A stretch of 64,000 nt of DNA from the human T2T-CHM13v2.0 reference genome, Homo sapiens. Location: assembly GCF_009914755.1 (NCBI RefSeq), contig NC_060938.1. One strand, given 5' to 3'. How positions within the stretch are numbered: position 1 is the stretch's first letter; each line of letters opens with the position of its first letter. Under the pieces are notes generated by a model. It saw only the letters and a program-made list of their open reading frames with translations, made no database searches and had not been told where the DNA came from. Below are positions 14,690 to 29,260 of this stretch, piece by piece. The position numbers were made by a program, and so were the translations under genes.

Positions 14690-15219
14690 ATTATGGTAGC
14701 TTGTATTTTCCAAAGATAGATCCAGTGATATTTCTCATCGCATTTACTGCTTTAGAATGTGAATGTGGTACACCCTTGCCAAGAAGTGTTACCAAGAAGT
14801 GTTATCTAATTAACCTACCCATTAAACCTCAGCAGACTTTAGTGACTACTTGACCAATAAAATGTGACACAAGAAACATTCTGAAACTTCCAGGTTAGAT
14901 CACAAGAAACCTTGCAACTTCATCTGTATCTGTTGAAACACATGCTGTTGGGATGCTCTTTTTTAGAATCCAGCCTCCATTTCCTGAGACGCCCAAGACA
15001 CAATTTCTAGCCAAGAGCCAACATCAACTGTCAGCCATGTGATTGAGTAATTTTATATGTCCACCCCATCTGAGCCTGAAGTTTCATGACAGATTCCAAG
15101 CAACAGCCTCCCAGCTGAACCTAGCAACCCATAGAATCATGAGAGATAATAGTAAATTGTTGTTTTTAAGCTGTCAGGCTTTAAGATGATTTGTTATGTA
15201 GCAATAGTCAACTAACACA
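14690..15219 (+). mobile_element. MaLR solo LTR (MLT1G/H-like)
   Basis: ttgtattttccaaagatag start; atcatgagagataatagtaaattgttgtttttaagc...gcaatagtcaactaacaca end. Confidence 0.75.
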
Positions 15220-15949
15220 CATACCCTTTTGGTCTCCTTGCTGTAGGTTCTAAAAAAAAAAGAGAGCCACTTTGGTTTATCTATCTGTAAGTTGATCTAC
15301 CCAAACACTATGCTGCAAGCAAAGGCAAATTAAAATTCTAGCTGTTTCAAACTGCCAAGTCTTCTTGGATGTGATCTGGACAGAATATACATTCACAGCT
15401 TAGTTACAGTGATTTTCAGCACAAATATTTGAAAATAATTAGGTCTTTCAAGTGGTTCCCAGCTTAAACTCTTCCCTGTCTTCAGGAATTCTAAATTGCC
15501 TTTTTATCAAAGTAACACTGGCTGCTACTAAGCTCCAGGATTTTTAAAACCCTACATGGGTAAAAACAGAATAATATAGCATTTAAATATTGTAAATGGT
15601 TTTATGCCACTTTAGGAAAATGTAAATACTGAATTGTATGTGTGTGTAGCAGATGACCTTGGTTTAGAGCAAGAAAAGCCAATGGACCTTCAGTTATGCA
15701 AAAGTATAACTATGATTACTTTCTAAAAATATGAAGGTTTGAGGCTGCCACTCCAAACAACTGAGCGTTCTGTACAACAATGTAAAGTTTTGTCTTACAG
15801 GAAAGCAGAGGTATAGCTTTGTAGATAATATTATCTTTAAAGTAGTGATTTTCAAACTTGAAACCACTTTTAAAATAAAAATTATTGGAAATCCTCAGCA
15901 CTGTTTTAAATTATTATAAAATTATTTAAACATGTATAGACACAAAAGA

Positions 15950-16042
15950 AATATACATTGAGTGCCAACTTAATCTCAGGCACTGATCTAGGCGCTGCTA
16001 ACAGACTATGTCCCCGAACTCAGGAAGTATATAATCTGGTGG
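15950..16042 (-). mobile_element. L2 LINE 3' fragment
   Basis: attgagtgccaact...caggcactgatctaggcgctg...ctcaggaag..taatctggtgg. Confidence 0.55.
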
Positions 16043-17009
16043 AACTATGATTATAAATGGAGCACACAACTTACTTTCCACACATGGTTTTATTCAAGAT
16101 AGGAAAATACAGATTTGGGAAAATGCATTAATGCTGTGCTATTGTAATCTGATGTCTTTGAAAGGCTAAAGGGCAAGATGTAGATAGGAGTGGAGATTCT
16201 CTTGGAGAGATTAGATGCTCGTGCTGTGAACTGTCCTGAAAAAGGGCTAAGCCAGGGGTCAGAAATGGGGATTCAGAAAGTAGGCCTTACAGGCAAGATA
16301 AAGATCCCCTCTCTACAGGTTCCCGTCAGTCAGATCTGGAGTATGAGGCAAAAAGTTGGCCACAAAGCCCATTCTGCATTGAGAACCACAGACACGAGCA
16401 TTTTAAAAACCAATAAAAATGTTTGAAAATTGAGGAAAAATTATTAGTTCCAAAATTTGAAGACTGGTAAATGAATATTAATAGACGTTTGATTAAATGC
16501 CTACAAAATGTAACATTACATCAACAGTATTAATTTTTAAAAATTGTATTCATTCAAATTACATTTAAAAATAATTACTGGGTCAGATTATCTCATTTTA
16601 CAAGAATTCTCAGATATGCACAATAGCCGAGATATCATTGCCAATCATAAATTAAATGAGTTGCCAGATAATTTCCAAAGGAAACGTAAAAATCCACTCA
16701 TATAGTCAATATGAAATTAATATGGGCTATAAGTATGTGTCAAAGCATTTGATAGGAAGTGGGGTATGGTCTCTAAAAGTTTGAGAACTTACAGGCAACA
16801 AAGATCTTAAATGCTCAGCAAAGGCCTGGTTTCCCAGAGCCCTTTCAGCAATGGTAAGTGCTTCCCTAGCCATGTTGAAGCAGGCCACGTATTAAGTGAG
16901 GAGAGGTATCAGTAAGAGGCCACCGGAGCCACTGTAAACCCATAGACTGCCTTTGTGTGATTTAGAAGAAGGTGACCCCCTTTAGGTAAATGAAGCCCCA
17001 GCCAGGGTA

Positions 17010-17121
17010 CAGCTCTTGATGAGTTAGTTGGGAGTAGAATGGGTTTCAGCTCCTATTTGCCTATAGCCCAGGAGGCACATAAAGGCTGAAATCCATCCTA
17101 CTCACTACTCATCAAGAGCTG
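17010..17121. mobile_element. palindromic MITE-like element (Tc1/mariner-Tigger-type ends), family unassigned
   Basis: TA|CAGCTCTTGATGAGT...ACTCATCAAGAGCTG|TA; perfect 15-bp terminal inverted repeat continuing as an imperfect stem of about 50 bp with a loop of about 10 nt. Confidence 0.6.
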
Positions 17122-17749
17122 TACCTCTTTATTCAGAATACAACATGTACAAGCATTCAGGATAGCCATGAATAGTATTCTGTGGAAATGCTTCAGTTTG
17201 TGTAGTAACTGTTGATTACCCTGTGGCTCTACTTCCTTCTCATGGTCCTGAAACTTCAGTTAAGTATTCATGGAAAGTTTTGGCCTGGTCACTACTTTGC
17301 TGTAGGAAATGGAGGGGAAGGATTTGTTCCACTCTTGGGTCAAAAAGAAGAGGAAGATTCCCTGTCAGAACAGTGGAAATGAAGATAGTTGGGTGCAGTA
17401 GAGTGAGAATATGGCTCTCATTGTCAGCCAAGGCAGGCTAGGCCAGAGCCTAAGAGCACAGAAAGCCATTCCTGAGCAAAAGACAGCAAACCCTAGAACC
17501 CTTAAAGTAACTGGGGGACATTTGTGAGCACAGTGTATGACAGTCAGGTGCCTGAGGCTTGAGCACTATACATTGGGTACTTAAAATGAAATTCAAATTT
17601 ATTTTATAGTCATAGGCTAGTGCCAAGTCAAAATACTAAGCTATAGCTTCTCTCCTTCACAGAAGCTCTAGTCTAACAAGAAATTCAAGCAGAATTAAAA
17701 GTGTTCAATAAAACATAAAAATAAAAACAAATATTGCCTTCTCCACTTA

Positions 17750-19130
17750 AGCTTTAATATATCAATAATTACCTTAAATGTAAATAGCCCAAATATACAA
17801 ATCAAAAGACAGAGAGTGATAGATTATATAATAAAACACAGCCCATCTATATGCTGTTTACAAGAAATTCACTTCGAATTCTACAAAAAGGAGTGTATAC
17901 ACTAATATCTAATAAAGTGAATGAGAAAAAGAGGCACATTACTTAATAATAGAAGGATCAATCCATCAGGAAGACATATGATTCTAAATATGTGCTCACC
18001 AAACAACAGAGCCTCAATATATATAAACCAAACAGATGGACCTGAAAGAAGAAACTGAAAAATCCACAGTTAGAGTTGGGGATTTTGACACTCACCTCTC
18101 ACTAACTGATAGAAGTACTAGACAGAAAATCAGCAAGGACATAGAGGATCTGAACAATACAATCAACAAATATGATCTAATTGGCATGTATAGAACTGTA
18201 CAGTCAATAACAGCAGATTTCAGTTCTTTAAATTTGTTACATGGTCCTATATTCTGGCCATAAAACAAACCTAACAAATTTAAAGAATTAAAATCATACA
18301 ATTTTTTCTGATCAAACTAGAAATGAGTAACAGAAAGAAAATGACATAATCTCTAAATATGTGGACATTAAACAACATACTTTTACATTATGGATCAGAG
18401 ACAGTCTCGAAGAAACTTTTAAAGTACTTAGAACTGAAATGAAAATACAACATATCAATATATGTAGGATACAGTTAAAGCAGTGTCAAGAGATAAATTT
18501 ATTGTACTAAAATGCTTATATTAGGAATGCAGAAAGGTCTCACATCAACCAAGAAACTAGAAAAGGAATAGCAAAATAAATCCAAGCAAATATAAAGATG
18601 GAAATAAAGATAATAGAATAAATAAAATTGAAAATAGGTAAATAATAAGAATCAATTGAAACAATCTTGATCATTGAAAAAAATCAAGAAAGTTAATAAA
18701 ACTCTAGCAATACTGGCAAAAACAGAGAAAAGATACAAATCACCAAGATCAAGTATGGAACAAAGGATATACTAAAAATCCTTCAGCCATTAAAAGAATA
18801 GTAAGGGAATCCTACCAAAAACTATATACACATACGTTCAACAACTTAGAAGAAATGGACCAGTCTCTCAAAAACTTTTACAACTCTATCAAGGTGAACT
18901 AGATAACACAAATAGTCCTATTACCATTACAGAAACTGAATTCATTATTTAAAAGTTCTTGGAAAAGAAAGTTTTAGGTTGATGTTCACTGGAGAATTCT
19001 AGATGTTTTAAACACCAATTTTCCATAATCTCTTCCAAAAAAATAGAAGAGGAGGAAATATTTTCTAACTCACTTTGTGAGGCCAGTGTTATCATGACAC
19101 CAACACGAGATAAGACAATATACAAAAGAT
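17750..19130 (+). mobile_element. old LINE-1 (L1M) ORF2 fragment, endonuclease through Z region
   Basis: ORF 18036-18263 (VGDFDTHLSLTDRSTRQKISKDIEDLNNTINKYDLIGMYR) is L1 endonuclease. Confidence 0.88.
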
Positions 19131-19688
19131 GAAATATGAATTTTTCCAGATTTCCCATTGGGTTTACCTACATCAAAATGCTTTTTTCAGTTTATCCAAT
19201 AAATATGGGGATGTATTTTTAAAAACGTATTTGCCTTCCTAACTTAGACTCCTGGTTCCACTTTTCAGAGGAAACTATTTCTAAGAGAATGCAATGAGCA
19301 TTCCCTTTTTAGTCAAAGAGGTAAGAAAAGAGATGTCTTTCCAAAATGCAACCCTGTTCTCCAAAAGTGTCCTGTGAATAACAAGGCCCACAGAAGAGTA
19401 AGCAGCAAAATATACTGGGGGTGAGGCTTCAAAAGTTAATCTCTTATCTTTGATCAGAAGTCCTCGTGGATTCACTAACCAAGCCTCCATGAACCGCTCC
19501 TACAAATCCAAATTCTCGAAATAATTCTTCCTAAAGAAAACCCTTTGCATTAATAGCAGATCACAATTTCTCTTTATTTGCTTGCATTTGGGGTTAACAT
19601 AAATTATATATGGAATGACAGAGGAAAAGAAAACTTAAATATCCCAGCCATGGGGATACTATTAAAAGAGTCAACCTTGGGTTCTTGG

Positions 19689-19943
19689 TTTTTTTTTTTT
19701 CTTCTTTCTGAGACGAAGTCTTGCTCGGTCGCCCAGGCTAGAGCGCAGTAGCGCAATCTCGGCTCACTACAATCTCTGCCTCCCAGGTTCAAGCAATCCT
19801 CCTGCCTCAGCCTCCTGAGTAGCTGAGACTCCAGGTGTGTGCCACCACGCCAGGCTAATTTTTGTATTTTTAGTAGCGATAGGGTTTCACCATGTTGGCC
19901 AGGCTGGTCTCAAACTCCCAACCTCAACTGATTTGCCTGCCTT
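19689..19943 (-). mobile_element. AluS, 5'-truncated by about 45 bp
   Basis: Antisense Alu stops after gatttgcctgcctt; flanks accttgggttc / accttggttc resemble a TSD. Confidence 0.92.
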
Positions 19944-22519
19944 CACCTTGGTTCCCATTTTTTAGTTGCTCTAAAGAGTACTGTTTGTAAGGAATTTCCA
20001 GAAAACATCACCCTTAACTTCTGAGAGCAAGGCAGCTAAACTATCCCAGGAATATTAGCATGAGCCCAAATACTTAAGAGCAACCCTACTAAGAACAATG
20101 CACAGCTTTTCCTAATAAGCCATTTTACTGCTCTGCATCACTACCCTGTTAATAGCCTCCAGCACCCGTGCTGGGCTTCCATTAGCAAGAACAGCCATGG
20201 GCTCAACTCACCCATGGGTCTGAGCACCCTCCTTTTCAAAATAATTGCTTTGAGCTCAGCCTCAAGACCTAACGTGCATGTTTTCCTTGCAACTGCCTCT
20301 ATGCAAAACCAGGTGAATTTATTCTCTGAAAAAAAGACATGCCAGAATGTTAAACATTCTTCCAAAGAAATACAAAATTGGGGTGTGAATCTGTGCAGGT
20401 GCAATCAGCCAAAACCTCATAAAATAATGCCATAATTTCAGTGTCACAAATCCATCATCTTAACTATTTATTTTAACATTTAATGAATGGAAACCTGCCT
20501 TTCTCATTTTAGAAGATGAATTCATAAATTCTAGTAAAAATTATCATCTCTGAAGAGAGGCTGCACAGGCCCACAAAGACAGGCATTCAACCAGAAAAAC
20601 TTAGTCAGTGCTAGAAGAGCCACATCATCCCCTGCTACAGGGCCCCTATGGAAAGTATGGAAAAGTGGACAAAGGATACTTTATACAATGTTTCTTGGGT
20701 GCTTAGGGATTCTGTAACAGACATGTACTTCAGCTTTTGAAAGAAATGAAAATGAATTTTCTGCTTGTTTCTTTATAAGACCTGATATAAGGGTTTTAAA
20801 TGGATTTTGATCACAATTTTTCACAGCCTGAGGGTGAGCATTTTTTGAAAAAGAGTGGTCATATTTTCAATATTTTACATATGCTTTGCATTAATCATTT
20901 AAAACACCATCTGCCTTCTTTGCCAAGGGCCCCAGTTCTGAATTTAGAAAAGAAAGTACAACCAAAACCCCACAGAAACAAAATTTAAACTCTGTTAAGA
21001 ACACTAACCCAGAGATTCATTCTGTGTACAGTAGAGCAGGGTTCCAGGTGACTCCTCTGGATCAGTGAGATGGAAGCTGGCTCTCCACTAAGGGAAGAGC
21101 CCATTAAAATGCTGTTCACCATGGGCATGGAAGTGCACTCAGAGGGCCATTCCAACAGAGAAGCACCGAGGTCACGGGGCTCTTCCTGTCCGACAAGTGA
21201 TGGCAGTGCCAGGTTGAGGGTTACTAAATGACAGGATATCTGTCTATGGTCTATTTCTGTGTAATTGGTAGTATGCCAGCTTGCAGCATTTGAGGTTGTT
21301 TCGTATGTATGTTGTAGGGGTCGGGGAGTTGTTGGGCATAGTTTGTTTTGCTTTCACAGTTCAAAGGTCAGAAATACTGTATTTTCAGCTTAGTCCTCAT
21401 CACTGAGATAAGGGCTATACTATCTCAATGAACAAGTCTCCCAGAAAAAGCAAGCATAAAATCAAGCATTGTGAGGAGTGGAAAAAAAGACAAGGGCAGG
21501 GCTTAAACTCTTGGACTATTTTTCACCTTCACAGCCTCTCTCTTCCTTGGGAGCTCTCCAAGGACCCTGAACTGTGAAGGAGGGTTTTTCCAGTGCAGGG
21601 GTGGGCAACTGGGATTTGCATATTTGTGATTTGCAAGGATTTTCAAGTCAAATTTCATATGTGCCTTTCTCTGTGGCCAGGAAAAGAATACAAGTCTTGG
21701 TATTTTTCTAATCCAGTCAATGCTTGGAACTTTCAGGACAATTTATTATCGTGTAAGTTACAGTATAGGATAGTACAATCTTGGCTTTGCATTTAAAACC
21801 ATGGGAAGGATTTATACCCAAAACCCTATTTGGTCCTGCATACTCAGGGGATAAGATTTCTTCACTTCAAATGTCTTAATATGAAAAACTGAGGCACTAG
21901 TATTTCACATGTCAAAACTTCACTGGCCAATTGTAAATTTCAAATCAAGCCTTCCCCCATGGAATTCTCACAGGAACTCTGTCTCATAACCAATTTCTGT
22001 ATCATTTCAGGGCCTGACTGCTTTTTTAGCATAGATGAATTCTTTTGGAGAGTATAATTTCACCTCATATTCTTCTAAGGACTCTTCTACACCTCTAGTC
22101 CCTCCAAGTCCATTAAGTGAGATCATTTTCCTCACTCTGCACTTATTAATTGTACACTTACCTGACTGAAAATCTCACCTCACCCACTTCACCTCCATTT
22201 GTGTTCCTACATCATAGTTCCGTTTAATATGTCTAAAAACTCATTTCTCATGTGCAGTCTCAAATTTCTCTGCCTTCCATCCATAAGTGGGGCTGAAAAT
22301 ATGCTCCACAGGTTACAAATGACTTTGGACCAAAGGTGCTGTGAAGCTGTAATCAAATTGCATAAATACTACAGTACCATGAATAAAGAAACTAGCAGGC
22401 GATATTTTCTGTCAACATAAAAAAGAAGGTTAAAACTTGGCTCTATACACATAGAATCTGCTACAAATTGTTTTCCTGAAGTTATAGGTTGTCACTTCAC
22501 AAATTTTTTCAACACTTTT

Positions 22520-22834
<315 letters not shown>

Positions 22835-23296
22835 TCAATACTTTTTTTTTTAAAGCATAGCTATCTTTTGTAGATAAGGGTATCTGTGCTTCACCATATG
22901 TTCTCATAGGTAATTTCACTTTGCATAGTATGTGTTATCTTTGACATTATAATCCCCTTTCAAATCCTTACTTATCCCTGTGTCTTCATGCACAACTACA
23001 CATCGAAATAGGAAAACATATCTGTGAAGCAACATCAAAAAAATGCACTTGAGGCTTAATATAATATGCTGTGCTATACATGCTTTTAGCCACTTTTTCA
23101 CTGTCAGAAAGCAAAATGCCATGACTTAGCCGAAGAGGAGAAATTTTGCTCAAATTTTCTCCTCTGGATTATGGAAGAAAATATAATGACAAATGTCAAA
23201 CTCAGGGAATAATTCCTGGAATAAAATTCATATAGTGAAACCAGACAATTAACTGCTTTCCTGAAGCCAATTATGTATGCTAAATAGCCTTCACTG

Positions 23297-24206
23297 TTTT
23301 TTTTGTTTGTTCTTTTAGTTTTTATTTTTTTTGATTAGGGGGTACATGTGCTTGTTTGTTATATGGGTATATTGCATACTGGTGGGGATTGGGCTTCTAG
23401 TGTATTTACTACCCAAATAGTGAACATTGTACCTAATAGGTAATTTTTCAACCTTCACCCCACTCTCACTTTTCTCCTTTTGGAGTCCCCAGTGTCTATT
23501 ATTTCCATCTTTATATGTACCCATTGTTTAGTTTCCACTTATAAGTGAGGACATGTAGTATTTGATTTCGGGCTTTTGAGTTAGTTCACTTAGAACAATA
23601 GCCTCTAGTTCCATCCATGATGCTGCAAAGGATGATATTTCATGGCTGCATAGTATTCCATGGTTTATATATCACATTTATTTATTTATTCAACTGCTGA
23701 TGGACACTTAGGTTGCTTCCATGACTTTCATATTGTGAATAGTGCTGCTGTGAATGTATGAGTACCGGTGTCTTTTTGATATAATGATTTCTTTTCCCTT
23801 AGGTAGATAACCAATAGTGGGATTGCCAGATCAAATGGTAGTTCTATTTTTAGTTCTTTGAGAAATCTCCGTACTGTTTTCCATAGAGGTTGAACAAATT
23901 TACATTCCACCAACAACATATAAGCATTCCCTTTTCTCCATATCCATGCCAACATCTGTTGTTTTTTTTGACATTTTAATAGTAACCATTATGACTGAGG
24001 TAAGGTATCTCATAATTTCTCTGATGATCGGTGATGTTGAGCATTTTTTCATGGGTTTGTTGGCTGCTTGTATTTCTTCTTTTGAGAAATGTCATTCATG
24101 TCTTTTGCCCAGCTTTTAATGGGGTTATTTGTTTTTATTCTTGCTGAGTTGAGTTCCTTGTTGATTCTGGACATTAGTCCTTTGTCAAAGGCATAATTTG
24201 CAAATG
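23297..24206 (-). mobile_element. LINE-1 3' fragment (L1PB3/4-like)
   Basis: Antisense 3'UTR and ORF2 end ([31 protein letters not shown]). Confidence 0.9.
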
Positions 24207-24269
24207 CACTGACTAGTTTTTGTTGAGGTATGTGCTATGCAGATGTACTGTACACATATACATAACTCA

Positions 24270-24460
24270 CCAACTCTACAAGGAAGTTATTACTGAACCC
24301 ATCTTATGAATGAGGCAAATAGCATCATCTATTCCATTGAGATCTTACAGTTAATATGGGACAAAGCCAGTAAACAGTTAAGTGTTACATTTAGTACGGA
24401 ATAAAGCCAAAATTCACACCTAGGTCTGTCACCAAGGTCTGTGCCATTTCTCTCTGCCAC
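24270..24460 (-). mobile_element. MIR SINE (degraded)
   Basis: ctcaccaactctacaagg...cccatcttatgaatgaggcaa...aattcacacctaggtctgtc. Confidence 0.55.
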
Positions 24461-27328
24461 TGTGAAGAGATATATTTTATTGGGAAAATTAGCCTACTAT
24501 ATTTGGCTACAACTTTTCCAGTGTAGATCCTGGTCACTCAACTTTAAAAAACAACAGGCTGCATAAAAATAGATTTTTTAAAAGCAGAAAATAGACAAAA
24601 AAAAAAGGCTCTAGAAAAACAATTGTTTAACATGACCTGAAACATGAAAATAATTAACAGTTCATCAGTTGTTTATGGCAATTGCCCAGGTACTTCAGGT
24701 TACTGTGAAAGTACAGTCACTTCCATGTCATCCCCAGATCTCTAATAGAATCCCTCAGAAGTTCGTACTAACTCTAGGCCCTGAGAAATTGGTATGCACT
24801 AGTCACAGGAGCCCATGTATTAAATTCGTGCCACAAGAAAAATATCTCCCAGACCTTGCCTTCCTTTAGGAATACAAGGAGAAAATTATAAAATGTTTAG
24901 TGGAGTTCAGAAAACAAAGCAATCCAAATAAGACCAGTATACCTTGACAATCTTTGATACACCATCCATGTATTAAAAAGTAGTGCAAGTGGAAGACTTC
25001 TCCAGGGTTGCCTATGAGATGCAGCCAGGAGGAACATCTCCAAACGAGGGAAGGGGACATAGGGATGACTGGCAGGCTACTAGCAGATCTTTAGAGGGAA
25101 GGCACTGAGAGTGAACAGAGAGGGAAGACACAGATGCTGGGCTGAAAGGGGAGGAAGCTGGAAACCCTGCATGGGGCTACCACACCCCAGGACTTGTTCC
25201 TGGCCCCCACTGACTCCTGTGGGAGGAGTGAGTTGAACAGGCAAGGAGAAACCCACTCTCACCCTGAGCCTCTGAATGCCCATGCAGGAGACCTCTTGAC
25301 CACCATGGACACTTGTGTTGGCATGGAGAGCTTCTTAGAGAAGTGGTAGGGGCAGAACTCCAACTGGTGCAGAGTCCAGAGGGCTTAGTGTGAGAGCATC
25401 TGTAGTGCAGCACAACCAGGGATGCCCATCCCCCTAGGCTCGACTTGCTCCTATGGGAGACTTTAGCCCTAGGGGAACTGTCTGACCTGAACCCTGCGAG
25501 GTAGTCTTGCCCATGAGACCGGGCAGTCCAATCTGAGAACCCCATAGTCTGCTGGCCTTTCTCAGGGCCTCCAGCCTGGCCACACCTGCTTGCAGTACAG
25601 CCCCTGGGGGCCTGCATCATAGCTTCTGTGCTGGTGGACTGCACCTGACCGGAGCTCCAGCAGAATGCCCCTGCAAACACTCACCAGCCCACCTGCTCCC
25701 TCCTCCATTGCAGCCTCCCCTGTGCCACTTTGCCTGCAAGCACTTGCCCAGAGCCACATCCTGCATTGCTTTGAAGGCATGTGTGTGTGCCAGCAGATCT
25801 TGCCTTCCCTTCCTGCCAGCACGTTTGTGCATGTGCACCACGACAAGCCACTGCTGCCAGCATAAGTGCACTCTGCTCTTCTACCCCCCACCACACCACC
25901 ATTGTCATTGGAACCTTATCAGACATGGAGCCTGCCAGCACCGCCCCCACCAGCACTCCACCATAGTGGCCACACTGCCACTAGTGCAAAACAAGGCATG
26001 GAGAACAGTGGACCCAACGACCTCCTGAGTGAATGCACACAGAGTGTGCAAACAGTCCTGTGCCCACCAGCACCCCACCCCTGTGCTAACACCATCACCA
26101 GTGCACATGTGCACACAGTAGCAGGCGGGGATGCCAAAACCCAAGCCATGCTACCACCACCACTGCTGGGAACACCTGCATGGAGGCCAGAACCCCAGCA
26201 CCCACTAGCACCCTGCTGCAGCCGATAAGTGTGCACCTCACCACACTGCTGCTGCCACTGCTGCTGGCACCTGTAAACAAGGACAAATCCTACTGCTACT
26301 GCCCTATGAAGTGTTTTGGCTGGCACCAGCCATTGGAGTCTTGGAACCAGTGGTCCAGGAGCAAGCACCTCAGCCCCTCCGGTACAGCAGGTTCCTAACC
26401 TGGAGGAGCCAGATAACAAAGCTGAGGTCAATATCAGTCCCTCAGAATTACAATATGCAGTCTAGGAGTTCTGAGCTGAGCCTTGGCTCTTTAAGGTTTT
26501 CCAGAAATGAAGCCAGTCAACTGAACCCATCTTATACCACAATCAAACCCTCAAGGTCATCAATGGGATAACAGAAATAAAATCCATCCAAAGGAAAGCA
26601 ACTTCAGAGATTGAAGGAACATCTGCTCACAAAGATGAGAAAGAACCAGCACAAAAACTCTGACAACTCAAAAAGCCAGAGTGTCTTCTTTTCTCCAAAT
26701 GATTGCACTCGTTCTTCAGCAAGGGTTCTTAACTGGGTTGAGATGGCTGAAATGACAGGAATATAATTCAGAATATGTATAGAAATGAAGATCATTGAGA
26801 TTCAGGAGAACACTGAAACCCAATCTAAGGAAGCTAAGAATCACAATAAAATGATACAGAATCTTACAGACAAAATAGCCAGTGTAGAAAAGAATGTAAC
26901 TGACCTGACAGAGCTGAAAAACATGCTACAAGAATTTCATAATGCAACTGCAAGTATTAACAGCAGAATAAACCAAACAGAGGAAAGAATCTCAGAGCTC
27001 GAAGACTGGTTTTCTGAAATAAGACAGAAGAGAATAAAAGAAAGAAAAGAAAAGGAATGAACAAAACCTCCAAGAAATATGGGATTATGTTAGGAGACCA
27101 AATCTATGACTCACTGGTGTTCCTGAAAGAGATGGGGTGAATGGAAGCAACTTGGAAAATTTATTTCAAGATATCATCCATGAAAACTTCTCCAACCTAG
27201 CTAGAGAGGACAACATTCCAATTCAGGAAATGCAACAAACCCCTGCAAAATACTTTACAAGAAGATCATCCCCAAGACATACAATTATCAGATTTTCTGA
27301 GATCAAAATGAAAGAAAAAAACATTAAA

Positions 27329-27641
<313 letters not shown>

Positions 27642-28080
27642 CTAGAAAAGTCAGATTCCCTAGAAAGGGACACCCATAAGACTAACAGTGGATTTCTCAG
27701 CAGAAACTCTATAAGCCAGAAGAGAGTGAGGGCCTATATTCAAGATTCTTAAAGAAAATAAATTCCAACCAAGGATTTCATATCTGGCCAAATTAAGCTT
27801 TGGAAACACAGGAGAAATAAGATCCTTTTCAGACAAGCAAATGCCGAGGGTCTCGTAAGAGCTGCCTTACAAGAGCTCCTGAAAGAAGCACTAAATGTGG
27901 AAAGGAAAGATGGTTATCAGCCACTAAAAAACACACTTAAGTACACAGATCAGTGACACGATAAAGCAACCACACAAACAAGTCAGCATAATAACTAACT
28001 AACAACACGATGACAGGATTAAGTCCACACATATCAATACTACCCTTGAATGTAAATGGGCAAAATGCTCCGAGTAAAGA

Positions 28081-28733
28081 AAGGATGTGGAGAAATAGGA
28101 ACACTTTTACACTGTTGGTGCGAGTGTAAACTAGTTCAACCATTGTGGAAGACAGTGTGGTGATTCCTCAAGAATCTAGAACTAGAAATACCATTTGACC
28201 CAGCCATCCCATTACTGGGTATATACCCAAAGGATTATAAAACATGCTACTATAAAGACACATGCACATGTATGTTTATTGTAGCACTATTCACAATAGC
28301 AAAGACTTGGAACCAACCCAAATGTCCATCAATGATAGACTGGATTAAGAAAATGTGGCACATATACACCATGGAATACTATGCAGTCATAAAAAAGGAT
28401 GAGTTCATGTCTTTTGCGTGGACATGGATGAAGCTGGGAACCATCATTCTAAGCAAACTATCACAGGGACAGAAAACCAAACACTGCATGTTCTCACTCA
28501 TAGGTGGGAGCTGAAAAATGAGAACACATGGACACAGGGCAGGGAACATCACAAACAGAGAGGCCTGTCGCGGGGGTGAGGGGCTGGGGGAGGGATAGCA
28601 TTAGGAGAAATACCTAATGTAAATGACGAGTTGATGAGTGCAGCAAACCAACATGGCACATGTATACCTATGTAACAAATCTGCATGTTGTACACATGTA
28701 CCCTGGAACTTAAAGCATAATAATAATAATAAT
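28081..28733 (+). mobile_element. 5'-truncated L1PA (L1PA5/6-like) nested at the start of host ORF2
   Basis: Younger ORF2 C-terminus (ORF 28272-28514) plus 3'UTR and (TAA)n tail; host ...aatgctcc | taaaaggcaaacagtggc rejoins across it. Confidence 0.92.
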
Positions 28734-28890
28734 AAAAGGCAAACAGTGGCAAGCCGGATAAAGAAAGGCAAGACCCAATGGTATGCCATCTTCCAGAGAC
28801 CCATCTCACATGGAATGACACCCATAAACTCAAAAAAGAGATGGAGAAAAATCTACAAAGCAAATGGGGAACAGAAAAAAGTAAGGTTGG

Positions 28891-29260
28891 TGACATGGTT
28901 TGGCTGTGTCCCCACCCAAATCTCATCTTGAATTGTAACTCCCACAATTCCCACATGTCATGGGAAGAACCTGGTGGGAGGTGATTGAACTATGGGGACA
29001 GGTCTTTCCTATGCTGTTCTCATGTTAGTAAATGAGTCTAACAAGATCTGATGGTTTTTAAAAAAAGGAAATTTCTCTGCATAAGCTCTCTCTCTTTGCC
29101 TGCTGTCATCCATGTAACATGACTTGCTCCTCCTTGCCTTCTGCCATGATTGTGGCTATGCCAGCCACATGGAACTATAAGCCCAACTAAACCTCTTTCT
29201 TTTGTAAATTGCCCAGTCTTGGGTATGTCTTTATCAGCAGCATGAGAATGGACTAATACA
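28891..29260 (+). mobile_element. THE1 solo LTR (THE1A-like)
   Basis: tgacatggtttggctgtgtcccc...ggactaataca; perfect 5-bp TSD gttgg (28886-28890, 29261-29265). Confidence 0.96.

Noticed and set aside
16420-16790. Possible hAT-Charlie remnant ending aaaagtttgagaac
   Set aside because: Only one terminus-like motif seen; family and boundaries cannot be supported.
22162-22346. Minus-strand perfect donor CAG|GTAAGT with a plausible acceptor
   Set aside because: Stops in all three frames, weak pyrimidine tract and L2-like sequence; shows that perfect donors arise by chance here.
25080-26571. Dense cluster of overlapping ORFs up to 170 aa
   Set aside because: All lie in the GC-rich, internally repetitive L1 5'UTR, where stop codons are scarce; no recognisable protein.
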